This document shows positions 1 through 9,519 of a stretch of DNA of 64,000 bases, piece after piece (the first letter of the stretch is position 1; the number at the start of each line of letters is the position of its first letter). Origin of the DNA: Nitrospirota bacterium (lineage in GTDB: Bacteria; Nitrospirota; Thermodesulfovibrionia; Thermodesulfovibrionales; Dissulfurispiraceae); contig CAVPZX010000006.1 in the NCBI GenBank assembly GCA_963710375.1, positions 1 to 64,000 on the forward strand, in the 5' to 3' direction. Under the pieces are notes generated by a model. The model had not been told where the DNA came from, made no database searches, and was given only the letters and a program-made list of their open reading frames with translations. The position numbers and the translations under genes are program-made.

Positions 1-1068
1 CCGCAACACCACCGACTGACCCTCCATGCGGCCCACCATGTAAAACGGCAGGCGCGGTTTACCTCTTAGCGCCATCTCAAGGAGGTTGTCCTGGATGCCC
101 TGCTCGATGGTCTTTCTAAGCTCGCTTTGTATCTCAAAATACCGGTCCGCAGGACACAGGCCGCCGATCCCCTGATGGGGCCTTTTGTGGTTATAATATT
201 TCACCCACTGCCGTATCCGCTCTACTGCATCCTCAAAGCTCCCGAACTGGGCCCGGCTTAGGAACTCCACAAAGATCGTTTTCCAGAACCGCTCGATTTT
301 GCCTAACGTCATAGGATGGTGAGGCCGTGATTTGATGTGATGGATTTTGTCTTTCTTCAACTCCAGCTCAAAACGGCTGTTGCCGCGCCAGCTCGTGTAC
401 TGCCTCCCATTGTCCGTGAGCATCTCTTTAGGTGGGTTGTACTCGGAGGCCGCCCGGCGATACACTTCAATTACATTCTGTGCTGTCTGGCTCCTAAAAA
501 GCTCCAACCCCGTTATATAACGGGAATAATCGTCGATAAAGCCGATCAGAAACGCATATCGGCCCCCAAGGCGAAACGTAAAGATGTCCGTCTGCCAAAG
601 CTGGTTCGGGGTTGAGCGCTCGAAAAACCGGGGGCGGGTGATATTGCGCTGCCGCTTCTTGGGTGGGGCAGTCATTAGAGATTCGGAGTGCAGAGTCTTA
701 CGAACCGTCTCAGGGCTGGCGGTAAGAAAAAACGCTCTCTTTAGAAGTTGCGAAATGCGCTTAATACCGAACAGTGGGTTGGCTTCTTTGAGTTCGACAA
801 TCTTCTGCTTCACAGGAGAGGGAAGTCCGCGCCCATTGCCATTGCGTCTTATTGCAAGGCCAGCCTCACCTTCACTACGATATGCGCGCACCCAGCGTCT
901 TACCGAATTAATGCTAATCCCGCATTCCTGCCGGATCACCTCAATAGGGACGCTCTCCTCAAGGAACTTCTTGACTACTTGAAGCTTAAAGTCGGCTCCG
1001 TAACGCCTGCTTCTGGCTGGAACCTTCTTCTTTGCACTGCCTCTTTGTAAACTCTTAACTTGTTCCAT
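1..1068 (-). CDS. IS481-family DDE transposase (3' end outside window)
   Basis: Manual translation MEQVKSLQ...; HTH region (SVRRWVRAYRSEGEAGL) and rve motifs PNQLWQTD, LTDNGRQY, GKIERFWKT, YNHKRPHQGIGG; SD GAAAGGAG upstream. Confidence 0.9.
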   Translation of the reverse strand, partial: MEQVKSLQRGSAKKKVPARSRRYGADFKLQVVKKFLEESVPIEVIRQECGISINSVRRWVRAYRSEGEAGLAIRRNGNGRGLPSPVKQKIVELKEANPLFGIKRISQLLKRAFFLTASPETVRKTLHSESLMTAPPKKRQRNITRPRFFERSTPNQLWQTDIFTFRLGGRYAFLIGFIDDYSRYITGLELFRSQTAQNVIEVYRRAASEYNPPKEMLTDNGRQYTSWRGNSRFELELKKDKIHHIKSRPHHPMTLGKIERFWKTIFVEFLSRAQFGSFEDAVERIRQWVKYYNHKRPHQGIGGLCPADRYFEIQSELRKTIEQGIQDNLLEMALRGKPRLPFYMVGRMEGQSVVLR

Positions 1069-1071
1069 CAA

Positions 1072-1107
1072 TGACACTCCTTTCGTTTTCCTAAACTTGG
1101 AGTGTCA
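1072..1107. promoter_or_regulatory. 9-bp inverted repeat covering the transposase RBS
   Basis: TGACACTCC (1072-1080) / GGAGTGTCA (1099-1107); one arm contains the GGAG SD. Confidence 0.6.
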
Positions 1108-1153
1108 CCCTATTTCCTCAAATCCTTGGTATCATAAACTGGTCGTTAGCACA

Positions 1154-2516
1154 AGATGACGGAACCCTGAAGGTCTGGGATGCTAAGACCGGCAAGGAGC
1201 TTTTTACCCTCGATGGCCGTGCACTCCGTGTTAACCGTGTAACCTCCTGTGCGTATTCACCAAACGGCAGGCGCATTGTCTCAGGAGCAATGGACACCAC
1301 CCTGAAGGTCTGGGATGCTGAGACCGGCAAGGAGCTTTTGACCCTCAAAGGCCATACAAGTGGTGTATTCTCTTGTGCGTATTCACCTGATGGCCGGCGC
1401 ATTGTCTCGGCTTCAAATGACACCACCCTGAAGGTCTGGGATGCTGAGACCGGCAAGGAGCTTTTTACCCTCAAAGGCCATACAGCCCAGGTATACTCCT
1501 GTGCATATTCACCTGATGGCCAGCGTATTGTCTCGGCTTCAGGGGACACCACCCTGAAGGTCTGGGATGCTGAGACCGGCAAGGAACGGATTCCCTTCGA
1601 AGGTCAGACAAACTTGAGATTCTCCTGTGCGTATTCACCAGATGGCCAGCGTATTGTCGCGCTTTCATCGGCCACCACCCTGAAGGTCTGGGATGCTGAG
1701 ACCGGCAAGGAGTTTTTTACCCTCAAAGGCCATACAAACTGGGTAAACTCCTGTGCGTATTCACCAGATGGCCGGCGCATTGTCTCGGCTTCAGATGACA
1801 CCACCCTGAAGGTCTGGGATGCTGAGACCGGCAAGGAGCTTTTTACCCTCAAAGGCCATAGAGGTGTTGTAAAGTCCTGTGAGTATTCACCAGATGGCAG
1901 GCGCATTGTCTCGACTTCAGAGGACAGCACCCTGAAGGCCTGGGATGCTGAGACCGGCAAGGAGCTTTTTCCCCTCAAAGGCCATACAGGCAGTGTAACC
2001 TCCTGTGCGTATTCACCAGATGGCAGGCGCATTGTCTCGGCTTCTAATGACAACACCCTGAAGGTCTGGGATGCTGAGACTGGTCGAGAGCTTTCCTGCT
2101 TTCATGGCGCATACTACATGAGAGCAGTTGTGTGTAGAACAGGCGGGATGACGGCAGGCGACAGTGGAGGCACTATATATATACTGAAGCTGCCGGCGCT
2201 GGAGGAGAAAGAACCGTATATCACTCCGTTGCGGTTATACAGGTTTGACCGTACAGCCTGGGACGACCATCTCGCCGCTAAATGCGAATGGTGCGGCAAG
2301 AGGTTCGAACCAGACAATAAAATCATCGACACGATTAAGGGCTTCAACACCCGCCTTTCCCTAAGTCAGAGTCCCGCGGCATCCCTCCCGCCCGAAGCCT
2401 GGGACGACCCCCGCCTTTTCTCCGAATGCCCCAATTGCCACAAACCGCTGAGGTTCAATCCGTTTGTTGTCGATAATTCGCAAAAAAAGCCGTGGTGGAA
2501 ATTTTGGGGGAGATGA
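1154..2516 (+). pseudogene. 3' part of a WD40-repeat protein interrupted by IS481; C-terminal CxxC...CxxC domain
   Basis: Frame is open from 1155 (DDGTLKVWDAKTGKEL), upstream of the listed ATG at 1290, and abuts the IS end mid-repeat; CEWC...CPNC near the C terminus. Confidence 0.8.
1155..2085 (+). repeat. Tandem 126-bp near-identical WD40-coding repeats (about 7 units)
   Basis: CCTGAAGG(T/C)CTGGGATGCT recurs at 1166, 1301, 1427 and then every 126 bp; the first unit is 135 bp. Confidence 0.95.
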
Positions 2517-2586
2517 GGGATTTGAGGAGGGTCTTCGATAACAGCACTAAGCATGAAGCGACGTGACCTTAAGAACTTGAAGTGTT

Positions 2587-3012
2587 CTAACGGGATTTAC
2601 TTTCCATAAACGCAATACGGCTGGACGCCAGTTTGCGCATGAAACGGCGGTCGAAGGTAATGACGATGCCTCCCTTTGTCGCTTTGGCGCAAGTGGCTAC
2701 AATGGCATCTCCGAAGTCGTCAAAGGTTTCGGGCCATAGAGCGCATATTGCCTCGAAATCAGTTTTATCGACAATCGCGACGCCAGGCATTGCGATAAAG
2801 TCTTTTATGATTGATCTGATGGACGGCTTCGACTGATGATAGACTGTTTCCATCACATAGACGAATTCGGCGATGACATTTTGCGGACACAGTATAGATG
2901 CTTGCGCTGCGGCAACCTGCTCAAAGACGCTGGCCATGACCGCCTGCTGAGAGGGATTGCGGTCTGTCAAGAACGACAGCAGCGCATTCGTATCGATGAC
3001 GTACTGCTTCAC
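2587..3012 (-). CDS. PIN-domain (VapC-like) toxin
   Basis: YVIDTNALL, VIAEF, DFGDAIV and ITFD motifs; overlaps the upstream antitoxin. Confidence 0.85.
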   Translation of the reverse strand: MKQYVIDTNALLSFLTDRNPSQQAVMASVFEQVAAAQASILCPQNVIAEFVYVMETVYHQSKPSIRSIIKDFIAMPGVAIVDKTDFEAICALWPETFDDFGDAIVATCAKATKGGIVITFDRRFMRKLASSRIAFMESKSR

Positions 3013-3242
3013 CTTTTACGCTCCGAACGAACAAGCCGGGCTTTTGCAATGTCGGAGGCAATGTCTCCCTTGCCGATCTTGATAGTGCCCCTCCGCGACA
3101 GGAAGGCCCGTTGTGTGGGAAACACAATAGCGGTGTTTCCGTTTATTCGCCATTCAACCGCGTCGTGGACAGACAGCTTCAGCGTTTCCCGAATCTTTTT
3201 TGGTATCGTGGTCTGATACTTGGATGTTATCATTGATCTCAT
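3009..3242 (-). CDS. AbrB/MazE-type antitoxin
   Basis: ITSKYQTTIPKKIRETLKL AbrB motif; ATG at 3242 with a GGAGGG SD (shorter than the listed ORF). Confidence 0.85.
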   Translation of the reverse strand: MRSMITSKYQTTIPKKIRETLKLSVHDAVEWRINGNTAIVFPTQRAFLSRRGTIKIGKGDIASDIAKARLVRSERKR

Positions 3243-3249
3243 TTTAGCC

Positions 3250-3279
3250 CTCCTTACGATTATATGATAACGTAAGGAG
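3250..3279. promoter_or_regulatory. Palindromic operator of the TA operon
   Basis: CTCCTTACG-N12-CGTAAGGAG overlapping the SD and a candidate TTGATA-N17-TATCAT promoter on the minus strand. Confidence 0.6.
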
Positions 3280-3547
3280 CGATATTTATCAATGGCTGTC
3301 AAGAGCGCGGGCGTATCAGCCAGTCTTGGCGTGTATAGTTGGCTGACTCAACTCTTCAACTCATCTGTCCTGATTTCTAACTCCCTATTCTAAAAGGACT
3401 TTTCAGTGTTGAATCCCTTGGGGTATTATTCCCCGCCACTTGCGGCGTAAAATGTATGGGTGAGCGAATATATACATAAGAGTCACAATGTTACTGTACT
3501 CATTGTTACGTCCCAGCAATGCGATACCGACTTTAAGGGTGCAATTC

Positions 3548-3657
3548 CCACCTGATACGCTTGTAAGCGTCGGAGGGGCCTCGCCGGTTTGCTTCATAAA
3601 AAGGAGACTATGCAGTCTGCCGAACTTCTCTACAAAAGGGCGCTTGAGGGCAACTAG
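3548..3657 (+). pseudogene. Degenerate TPR-repeat remnant
   Basis: With small indels reads PDTLVSVG-LAGLLHKK(GDYAA)AELLYKRALEG, matching kinesin-light-chain-type TPR repeats. Confidence 0.55.
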
Positions 3658-3736
3658 TATGTGAGGTTAAAATATCTGATTGACACAGTGGTATATAATG
3701 GTATTAAATAGTTTTTAGATAAGGGAGTAAACAAGT

Positions 3737-4786
3737 ATGGAAACCTACCGCGTCTTCATCAGCTATTCTCATGAGGATCGGGAATTGGCTGAAATAATCG
3801 TTAATGCCCTGAAAGAGAATGGGCTGAAACCCATGTGGGATAAGAATTTCAATTACGGACAAGGATTTCATGTTCAGATTAAAAACTTTATTGCACATTC
3901 ACATGTCTTTATGCCTTTCATTACGGAAACTTCCAGCCGGCGGGGATGGGTCCATCAGGAAATAGGATTTGCCACGGCATTGAATGTACCTGTGTTGCCG
4001 ATCACACGTGGTCAAGTCCCTGGAGAATTGCTCCAGCAGCTCCTTGCTGTACCTTTCAGCAGTGATGCAGAGGAACTTAGATCCAGACTGAATCTTAGGG
4101 TATTCGAAAAACTGGTCTCTGAAGCTCAGGGGTCTGCAAGACCTCTCTTTTATTGTGCTGAATATCGTGAAGATCGTACACGTATGATGGTGGAATATTC
4201 TAAAAGTGTGTTGCATCTTGAGGAATATGGGAGGGTGCGCCAGAAGGGAGGGTTGAGTTCTTTTCATATACCGGACAAATCGCCCCAGCATTCAGAGTGG
4301 AAGGACAGATTCGGAGCTTTTTACGATGAGTCTCATTGCCTGTTGCAGCGAGAAGAACGCAAAACGTTGGAAAAACACGCCCGTAAAGAAGGCTGCAGTC
4401 TCATAATTGATCCATATATAGACTTTCAAAGATTTGGGAGCAAAGCAGGCCCTTCCCGATTAAAATCACTTATTGAGTTTCTTGAGTCAAAAGTCATAGA
4501 CGACATTGTTGTATCTATTGTAAGTCCAGAACAAAGAGATGAACACTATTTGACGATCGTGGGAGATTGGTTTGCATCCGAAGCTGTATCCGCGTCTCTC
4601 GATAAAGGAATCCGCCAGACCATTTTCACCCGTCACGCCCCAAGTATTCGAAAGAGGATAGAGGCCTTTGACGAAGAGGTTGAACACCACCTTAAAGAAC
4701 AGGGCGTCAAACCCGAATGTTCTAAAAAGGCGGCAATAGCAAAACTACAACAATTGCTGACTGATCTAAACAACGCCCACCAATAA
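3737..4786 (+). CDS. TIR-domain protein with unknown C-terminal domain
   Basis: YRVFISYSHED...WVHQEIGFA...PVLPI; candidate catalytic Glu retained; GGAG SD. Confidence 0.85.
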   Translation: METYRVFISYSHEDRELAEIIVNALKENGLKPMWDKNFNYGQGFHVQIKNFIAHSHVFMPFITETSSRRGWVHQEIGFATALNVPVLPITRGQVPGELLQQLLAVPFSSDAEELRSRLNLRVFEKLVSEAQGSARPLFYCAEYREDRTRMMVEYSKSVLHLEEYGRVRQKGGLSSFHIPDKSPQHSEWKDRFGAFYDESHCLLQREERKTLEKHARKEGCSLIIDPYIDFQRFGSKAGPSRLKSLIEFLESKVIDDIVVSIVSPEQRDEHYLTIVGDWFASEAVSASLDKGIRQTIFTRHAPSIRKRIEAFDEEVEHHLKEQGVKPECSKKAAIAKLQQLLTDLNNAHQ

Positions 4787-5048
4787 ACGGCACAAGTGGC
4801 ATCGCTACCTATACAGCCGGAATATCTTGAACGCCCTGGGCGCATCCTAATAAAACGGAGACCCCCTGAAAAACAGAGGACGGGACGTTGTTTCTAAATA
4901 TCCTTTGGTGTGGCGGCAGGTTTATCGTGAAAGGCGAATGAATCGGCAAGGAGATAGACTGCCCAAAGATCGACCTAGATAACAGATACAAAGGCAGTGA
5001 CTTTTGCTTTTATTCTGTCTCCTGACTCCTGTATTCTGTATTCTAGGC

Positions 5049-6149
5049 TTACGACGCTGTCTCGAGTAGTTCACTGATAATGCCCTTTGCTTCCCCCTCC
5101 AGGCGTCCCATAATTGTTACGATTTGTTCATCTTCTTTGAGTGTTTTGCAGATTTGATCGAGTCTCGAAAAGTTAGAGTAGAGAAGCTTCCAGATCGGCA
5201 TTTTAATCCTGCTGTGGCCCCAGATGGTTTCTTGCTGGAGAAACCCGCTGAAAGCGCGGGAAAGCCTTTTATAGAGATTTGCCGACTTCTGGGGCAGCTC
5301 GGTCAGGACTCCTCCTTCGGTCTGTCCCAGCATTTCCAAAAAGGAGCGGATGGCCGGTTGGGGATAGACATCTTCGAAGAACCGCATCATTGTTTCATCG
5401 ACGGCGCCCCTCAGTTCACACAAATCTCCGCTCAGGCAAAGATAGAGCAGTTCGATTGCCATGTGAAACTCGTGGAGTCCCAAAAAACGTGCTGTCAGAA
5501 TGCCGAGCCGCTGATCTTCATGCCAGGCCGCCTGGAACACATGCCTGCCGAGGTTGTAGAGAAGGTTGTCCACTTTGGCCATGTCATGCTCGCCTGTTTT
5601 TCCCACCATATTAGTTATCCCCTCCCGGAACTGTGCCAACCGGAGATAATACACCTCGTGTCCCGCATCCATCAGTTTGACGAACCTCTCATCGGTCAGG
5701 GGATACCCCGAGCTCATATAGATGTCCTCTACTACGAGACTGTATTCGGCCCAGAAATCTCGTCTTGTCCTGCATATGTAGTAAACCGGCATGTGGGTGT
5801 GCAACCTGCGTATGTCCACGTGCAGGTCCCAATTGATGTTTCTTATCGCTTCCTTCAGGCTTCGCTGATCCGAAAGTAAAACCTTCATGGCTCCGTATTC
5901 GTCGTTTACCGGTATGGTGGCAGAAAAGATGTCCGTTATTTCACTCAGATCAGAGACACGCCCTCCTTTCTGTTCCAGTTTGGTCCTGATCGAGTCATAT
6001 TCCATGAGTTTCATGATTATCGGATCGAGGGCGTCACGGATATTTATCTTTTCCGAATAATACCGTCCCGGGTAGCCGTAGCCGGAATCATTTTCAATAA
6101 AATAATCTTCGATATCCCCATATCTATAGTTCATATTTCGATAGTTCAT
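5049..6149 (-). CDS. Hypothetical protein (366 aa), last gene of the AAA/vWA operon
   Basis: Long ORF; AGGAG SD before ATG 6149; the listed 5' extension lies mostly inside a MITE. Confidence 0.75.
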   Translation of the reverse strand: MNYRNMNYRYGDIEDYFIENDSGYGYPGRYYSEKINIRDALDPIIMKLMEYDSIRTKLEQKGGRVSDLSEITDIFSATIPVNDEYGAMKVLLSDQRSLKEAIRNINWDLHVDIRRLHTHMPVYYICRTRRDFWAEYSLVVEDIYMSSGYPLTDERFVKLMDAGHEVYYLRLAQFREGITNMVGKTGEHDMAKVDNLLYNLGRHVFQAAWHEDQRLGILTARFLGLHEFHMAIELLYLCLSGDLCELRGAVDETMMRFFEDVYPQPAIRSFLEMLGQTEGGVLTELPQKSANLYKRLSRAFSGFLQQETIWGHSRIKMPIWKLLYSNFSRLDQICKTLKEDEQIVTIMGRLEGEAKGIISELLETAS

Positions 6150-6177
6150 GTCATGTCTCCTATTCAACGCCTTTTTA

Positions 6178-6357
6178 GGGCTCGCGAATAAATAACTTGC
6201 ACATTGATGCATCTCAGCTTCAGGTCATCTTTACCCGATCCTCAGTCACAAAATCCTCAACGTAGCTATGCTACGCCTGCGGTTTTGCTCAGTCGGATCA
6301 GCCAAATCTGACCCAAATCTGAGCGCCTGAATATACAAGTTATCTATTAGCGAGCCC
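6178..6357. mobile_element. MITE family A, copy 1 (180 bp), TTA target duplication
   Basis: TIRs GGGCTCGCGAATAAATAACTTG; TTA at 6175-6177 and 6358-6360; near-identical inverted copy at 23627-23806. Confidence 0.85.
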
Positions 6358-8483
6358 TTAACAGACGGCTCCTCTCTTTCATACATGATGCTACGTAAGA
6401 GCCTATTTTTTCCGCGACCACGGCGCAATTGTTCAGTTCCCCGTCCGATACTGCAATGACCCTGTTAACAACGTCTTCGAATCCGGTATCTGCCGAAACG
6501 CCCAATGCCACCAGTGTAGCGTCAAGCTTGCCGTTCATTACTTTGTTGGTTGACTCGAAATACGAGTGGACCTCCTCTGCCCCGCTCATGCCTTTATGGA
6601 AACTGTTGTTCCACTTGGTGTCGGTGATGAGTATCAGATAAATCATGACAGCCTTCGCAAGGAGCCGTGCCTCTTCGATGATAAACGCGATAGAGAGGGC
6701 GTCCGACTGAACGCCCGTTCCTGTATCCGGCAGAGATACAATCGCGCGGACAGCATCTTTCCTGCTTGATGCCTGTGCCTTGCGCGGGTGATAAATCCAC
6801 TGCACAATCGGACCGGACATGCCTTCGCGAATCTCGTCGCTGTGGTAAAGCCCGGCAAGCACCTGGATTTCACTACCGGCTGTTGAACAGAGCCATCCGG
6901 CTGAAAGTATCTTCACCATCTTCATCTGTTTTTCATTCAAAGAGCCGGACCCGTCGCAGGCGATGACGAGCACAGGCCGGCCTCTGAGGTCCGCCTGTTC
7001 GGTAGTGCGGTATCGTTTAAAGACCACAGGTGAAAAGTCCGTAAGGACGATCCTCGACGGGTCTATCGAGCCGCTGCAGCGTAGTCGGATTGTCTCAGAG
7101 ACCATCTGGATGTTCGGATACAGGTTCTGCCGCAAACTCTGTATTATCGAATAGGACTCCTCAAGCAGCTTATCCAGGGCCATCATATCTTCTGAGAGTT
7201 CCACCGGTCTGTCGAATATCTCGCCGACAGCGTTCTTCTCTGTGCCTAGCAGCACGCTCACTTCATTACCGTCAGCTGGATTCCCCTGAATAGGACTGGT
7301 ATTAAAGGCATTGACCCTCATCGAAGTCTCAACCAGGTCGGAACGCATATCTTCCCAATCATTTTCCTGCTTTCCAGCCTTTTCCATTACACAGGAAAAG
7401 TTGTTTAGCACCTCCTGGAGCGGTTCTTCAAATTTGGGATTCTTACCGCGGCTATTTTGGTGTTTGTTCCCGCTGAAGACGGAAGTGAGAAGCCCTTGTG
7501 TTGTACATTTGAGCGTATCATCCGGCTCGGATATCATAGGATGTTGCGGGCCGTTCAGAGGGGCTATTTCATCTGTCACCGACTTTGCAAGCGGTTCGGG
7601 AAATCCCGCCCATTCTCTCTCAGTAGCGTCGCTTCCTGCGGACCCCGGATTTGCAACGGTTGTATTGCCTGGTTCTTGTTCATTGTCATCAGCGGGCGCC
7701 GGCATGTATTTGGACATGGCCGCACAGACCGTCCTCACCCAGAGAGATCCCAGTTTCAGGAGCTCCGTCACCTCGCACTTTCTCAGCCTTTCGAAAAAGA
7801 CGGAGCTCGAAGAGATGAGGTCTTCAAATATGGAACTGGTTAACGGATAGAGTTGCTGCTTTTTGAAATCGGGAAGGACGTCTCCGTAAAGAATCACGAC
7901 CCTGATGATTTCTGTAAGGGAAGCGAGCCTCAGGTCCTGCTGCTGAGGCTGAAAATAGTCTGTAGAGTTCAACCGACGAAAGAGATGGAATTCGCGAAAG
8001 GTTCTCAAGGAGAAGGCGTGTCTGAACACAGTCGGTTACGGAATTGGCCGCCTCCTTGTATATATCCTCATTCACTCTTACCCCATCCGCCCCGGCAGGG
8101 TTGTTCACATAATCTTGAAGGTGTATAAAAAGGATCTTTTCCCCCACAAGGGCCTCGAATTCTAAAAAAGCGGTGAGGCCGATTGCGGCATAGGCAGCAA
8201 GAGTGGAGGGATAGGTAGTATAGCAAGGACTGAGCTGGGGCTTGACTCTGGGTTCAAATGCTGCCTCTGCAAATGCGTCGTCAAGCCGCGCAACACATAT
8301 CTGGGCCTTCCTAACCATTTTATAAAAAGTCCTCTGCGCCGGCATTCTGAGGTAATAGTCGAGATTTGACTTAAAGGCGTCTCCTATGCCGATGCCGGAC
8401 CAGTCGGTCTTGGAGCGTCTCTTCCTGTAGACATATGAGTAGCCTGTTGAGAAGCCGCGCTCTTTCTTTTTCTCTCTTGCCAT
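6347..8483 (-). CDS. vWA (MIDAS) domain protein, CobT/CoxE-like; one apparent frameshift near 7946-7962
   Basis: Joins ORFs 7824..8483 and 6347..8029; GSIDPSR...VFKRY...VIACDGSGSL (DxSxS) and LILITD. Confidence 0.75.
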
Positions 8484-8493
8484 TTCTCACCCG

Positions 8494-8793
8494 CTAAAAG
8501 AGATTTCCGCCCATGGTCGGGTCGTCCTCAGCCGTCTCGTTGATCCCAAACACCTCGTTGAATATCCCGGATATCTGTTTTCGGTCTTCGGTGCTCGCAT
8601 TGCCGAGCATCGTTGCCAGCGCTATCTGCTGAATGCTCATATGAGGCAGGGCCTGTGCCATCCGGAGAAAAGCGAGATAGCCGTAAATTGTGGGGGGAGG
8701 CACTGATTGCAATGCCCCCTCAGACCTGTGCCTTCTGATGACGTTCCCAAGCTGCACCACCTTGACGATAAGGTCATTGTCTACGCGCTTCAT
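8494..8793 (-). CDS. Helical lid-like C-terminal part of the MoxR-like AAA+, as a separate ORF
   Basis: ATGA overlap with the upstream AAA gene; LIVKVVQLGNVIR...PPTIYG resembles a MoxR/CobS lid. Confidence 0.6.
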   Translation of the reverse strand: MKRVDNDLIVKVVQLGNVIRRHRSEGALQSVPPPTIYGYLAFLRMAQALPHMSIQQIALATMLGNASTEDRKQISGIFNEVFGINETAEDDPTMGGNLF

Positions 8794-9509
8794 CTCCTTA
8801 CCTCCTTTAACAGATGCTGCAGCACCTGTACCTCGTTTTCGGCGGACAGGTAATCCAGAGTCAAATTGATTGAAAATCTCCTCTTTATAGCGTCATCGAG
8901 GACAACCAGCGTATGGGTAGAGTCGCGCTCTGCCTGATAGTTGCTGTCCGCGACCCATCCTATTTGCTGGCCGTCGATGCGACTTCCGTCAGGAAGGACG
9001 ATGTCGCCCTTTGTCATCAGGTTCAAAAGTCCACCCTGGACACTGCTTGAATGGACCCGCCCCATCTCCCTGAGCCAGACAAGAGGGTAATACCTGCCGT
9101 TTGATTTTGTGGCGTCTTCGAGGGCCTCGACAAGCCTGCTTTTTTCATCGAAAGTCGTTCCGTTTTTCAGGGACCTTCTCTGGAAAAGCTCTCCAGGCGC
9201 CTCGTAGATCGCCATCTCGACCGGGTAGAGTTTCAGCGGCAGCACCAGGAACCCAAGCCCCGAACAAATACTTTCGAAATTCGCAGGAACAAGATAGAGG
9301 GCCTCAAGAAGAGAACTCTTCGCGCTGCCCGTAGGTCCGGACAGGTGGATGAACTCGTGATTGACTATGCCGTAGACAAGTGTTTCAATGATCCACTTGG
9401 GAAGGAATAATGGGTTGCCGCCAGGCACAGGTAAAAGCTCAAGCAGGTCTGTTGGGCCTGCCTTTCTTAACTCATCGGATTTATGTACCCGAAATACATC
9501 GTTTGCCAT
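8790..9509 (-). CDS. MoxR/CobS-like AAA+ ATPase core
   Basis: Walker A GPTGSAKS, Walker B-position VWLREMGR, sensor I ADSN, arginine finger LDDAIKRRF. Confidence 0.75.
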   Translation of the reverse strand: MANDVFRVHKSDELRKAGPTDLLELLPVPGGNPLFLPKWIIETLVYGIVNHEFIHLSGPTGSAKSSLLEALYLVPANFESICSGLGFLVLPLKLYPVEMAIYEAPGELFQRRSLKNGTTFDEKSRLVEALEDATKSNGRYYPLVWLREMGRVHSSSVQGGLLNLMTKGDIVLPDGSRIDGQQIGWVADSNYQAERDSTHTLVVLDDAIKRRFSINLTLDYLSAENEVQVLQHLLKEVRR

Positions 9510-9519
9510 CTGCTCCTCC

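Larger units (their letters stand above)
1..1153 (-). mobile_element. IS481-family insertion sequence, partial (runs off left edge)
   Basis: Contains a DDE transposase. On the minus strand the element starts with TGT at 1153, typical of IS481 ends, and WD40 coding sequence resumes at 1154. Confidence 0.8.

Noticed and set aside
337..1050. Plus-strand ORFs 337..615, 584..982, 748..1050
   Set aside because: Antisense shadows of the transposase.
1155..2085. CRISPR array or DGR template/variable repeats
   Set aside because: Units are in-frame 126-bp coding repeats without unique spacers; no cas or reverse transcriptase gene; variation is not adenine-specific.
5124..5879. Long antisense ORFs (also 12396..13097, 20859..21602, 34500..35459, 47397..48371)
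   Set aside because: Lie opposite better-supported genes and show no motifs.
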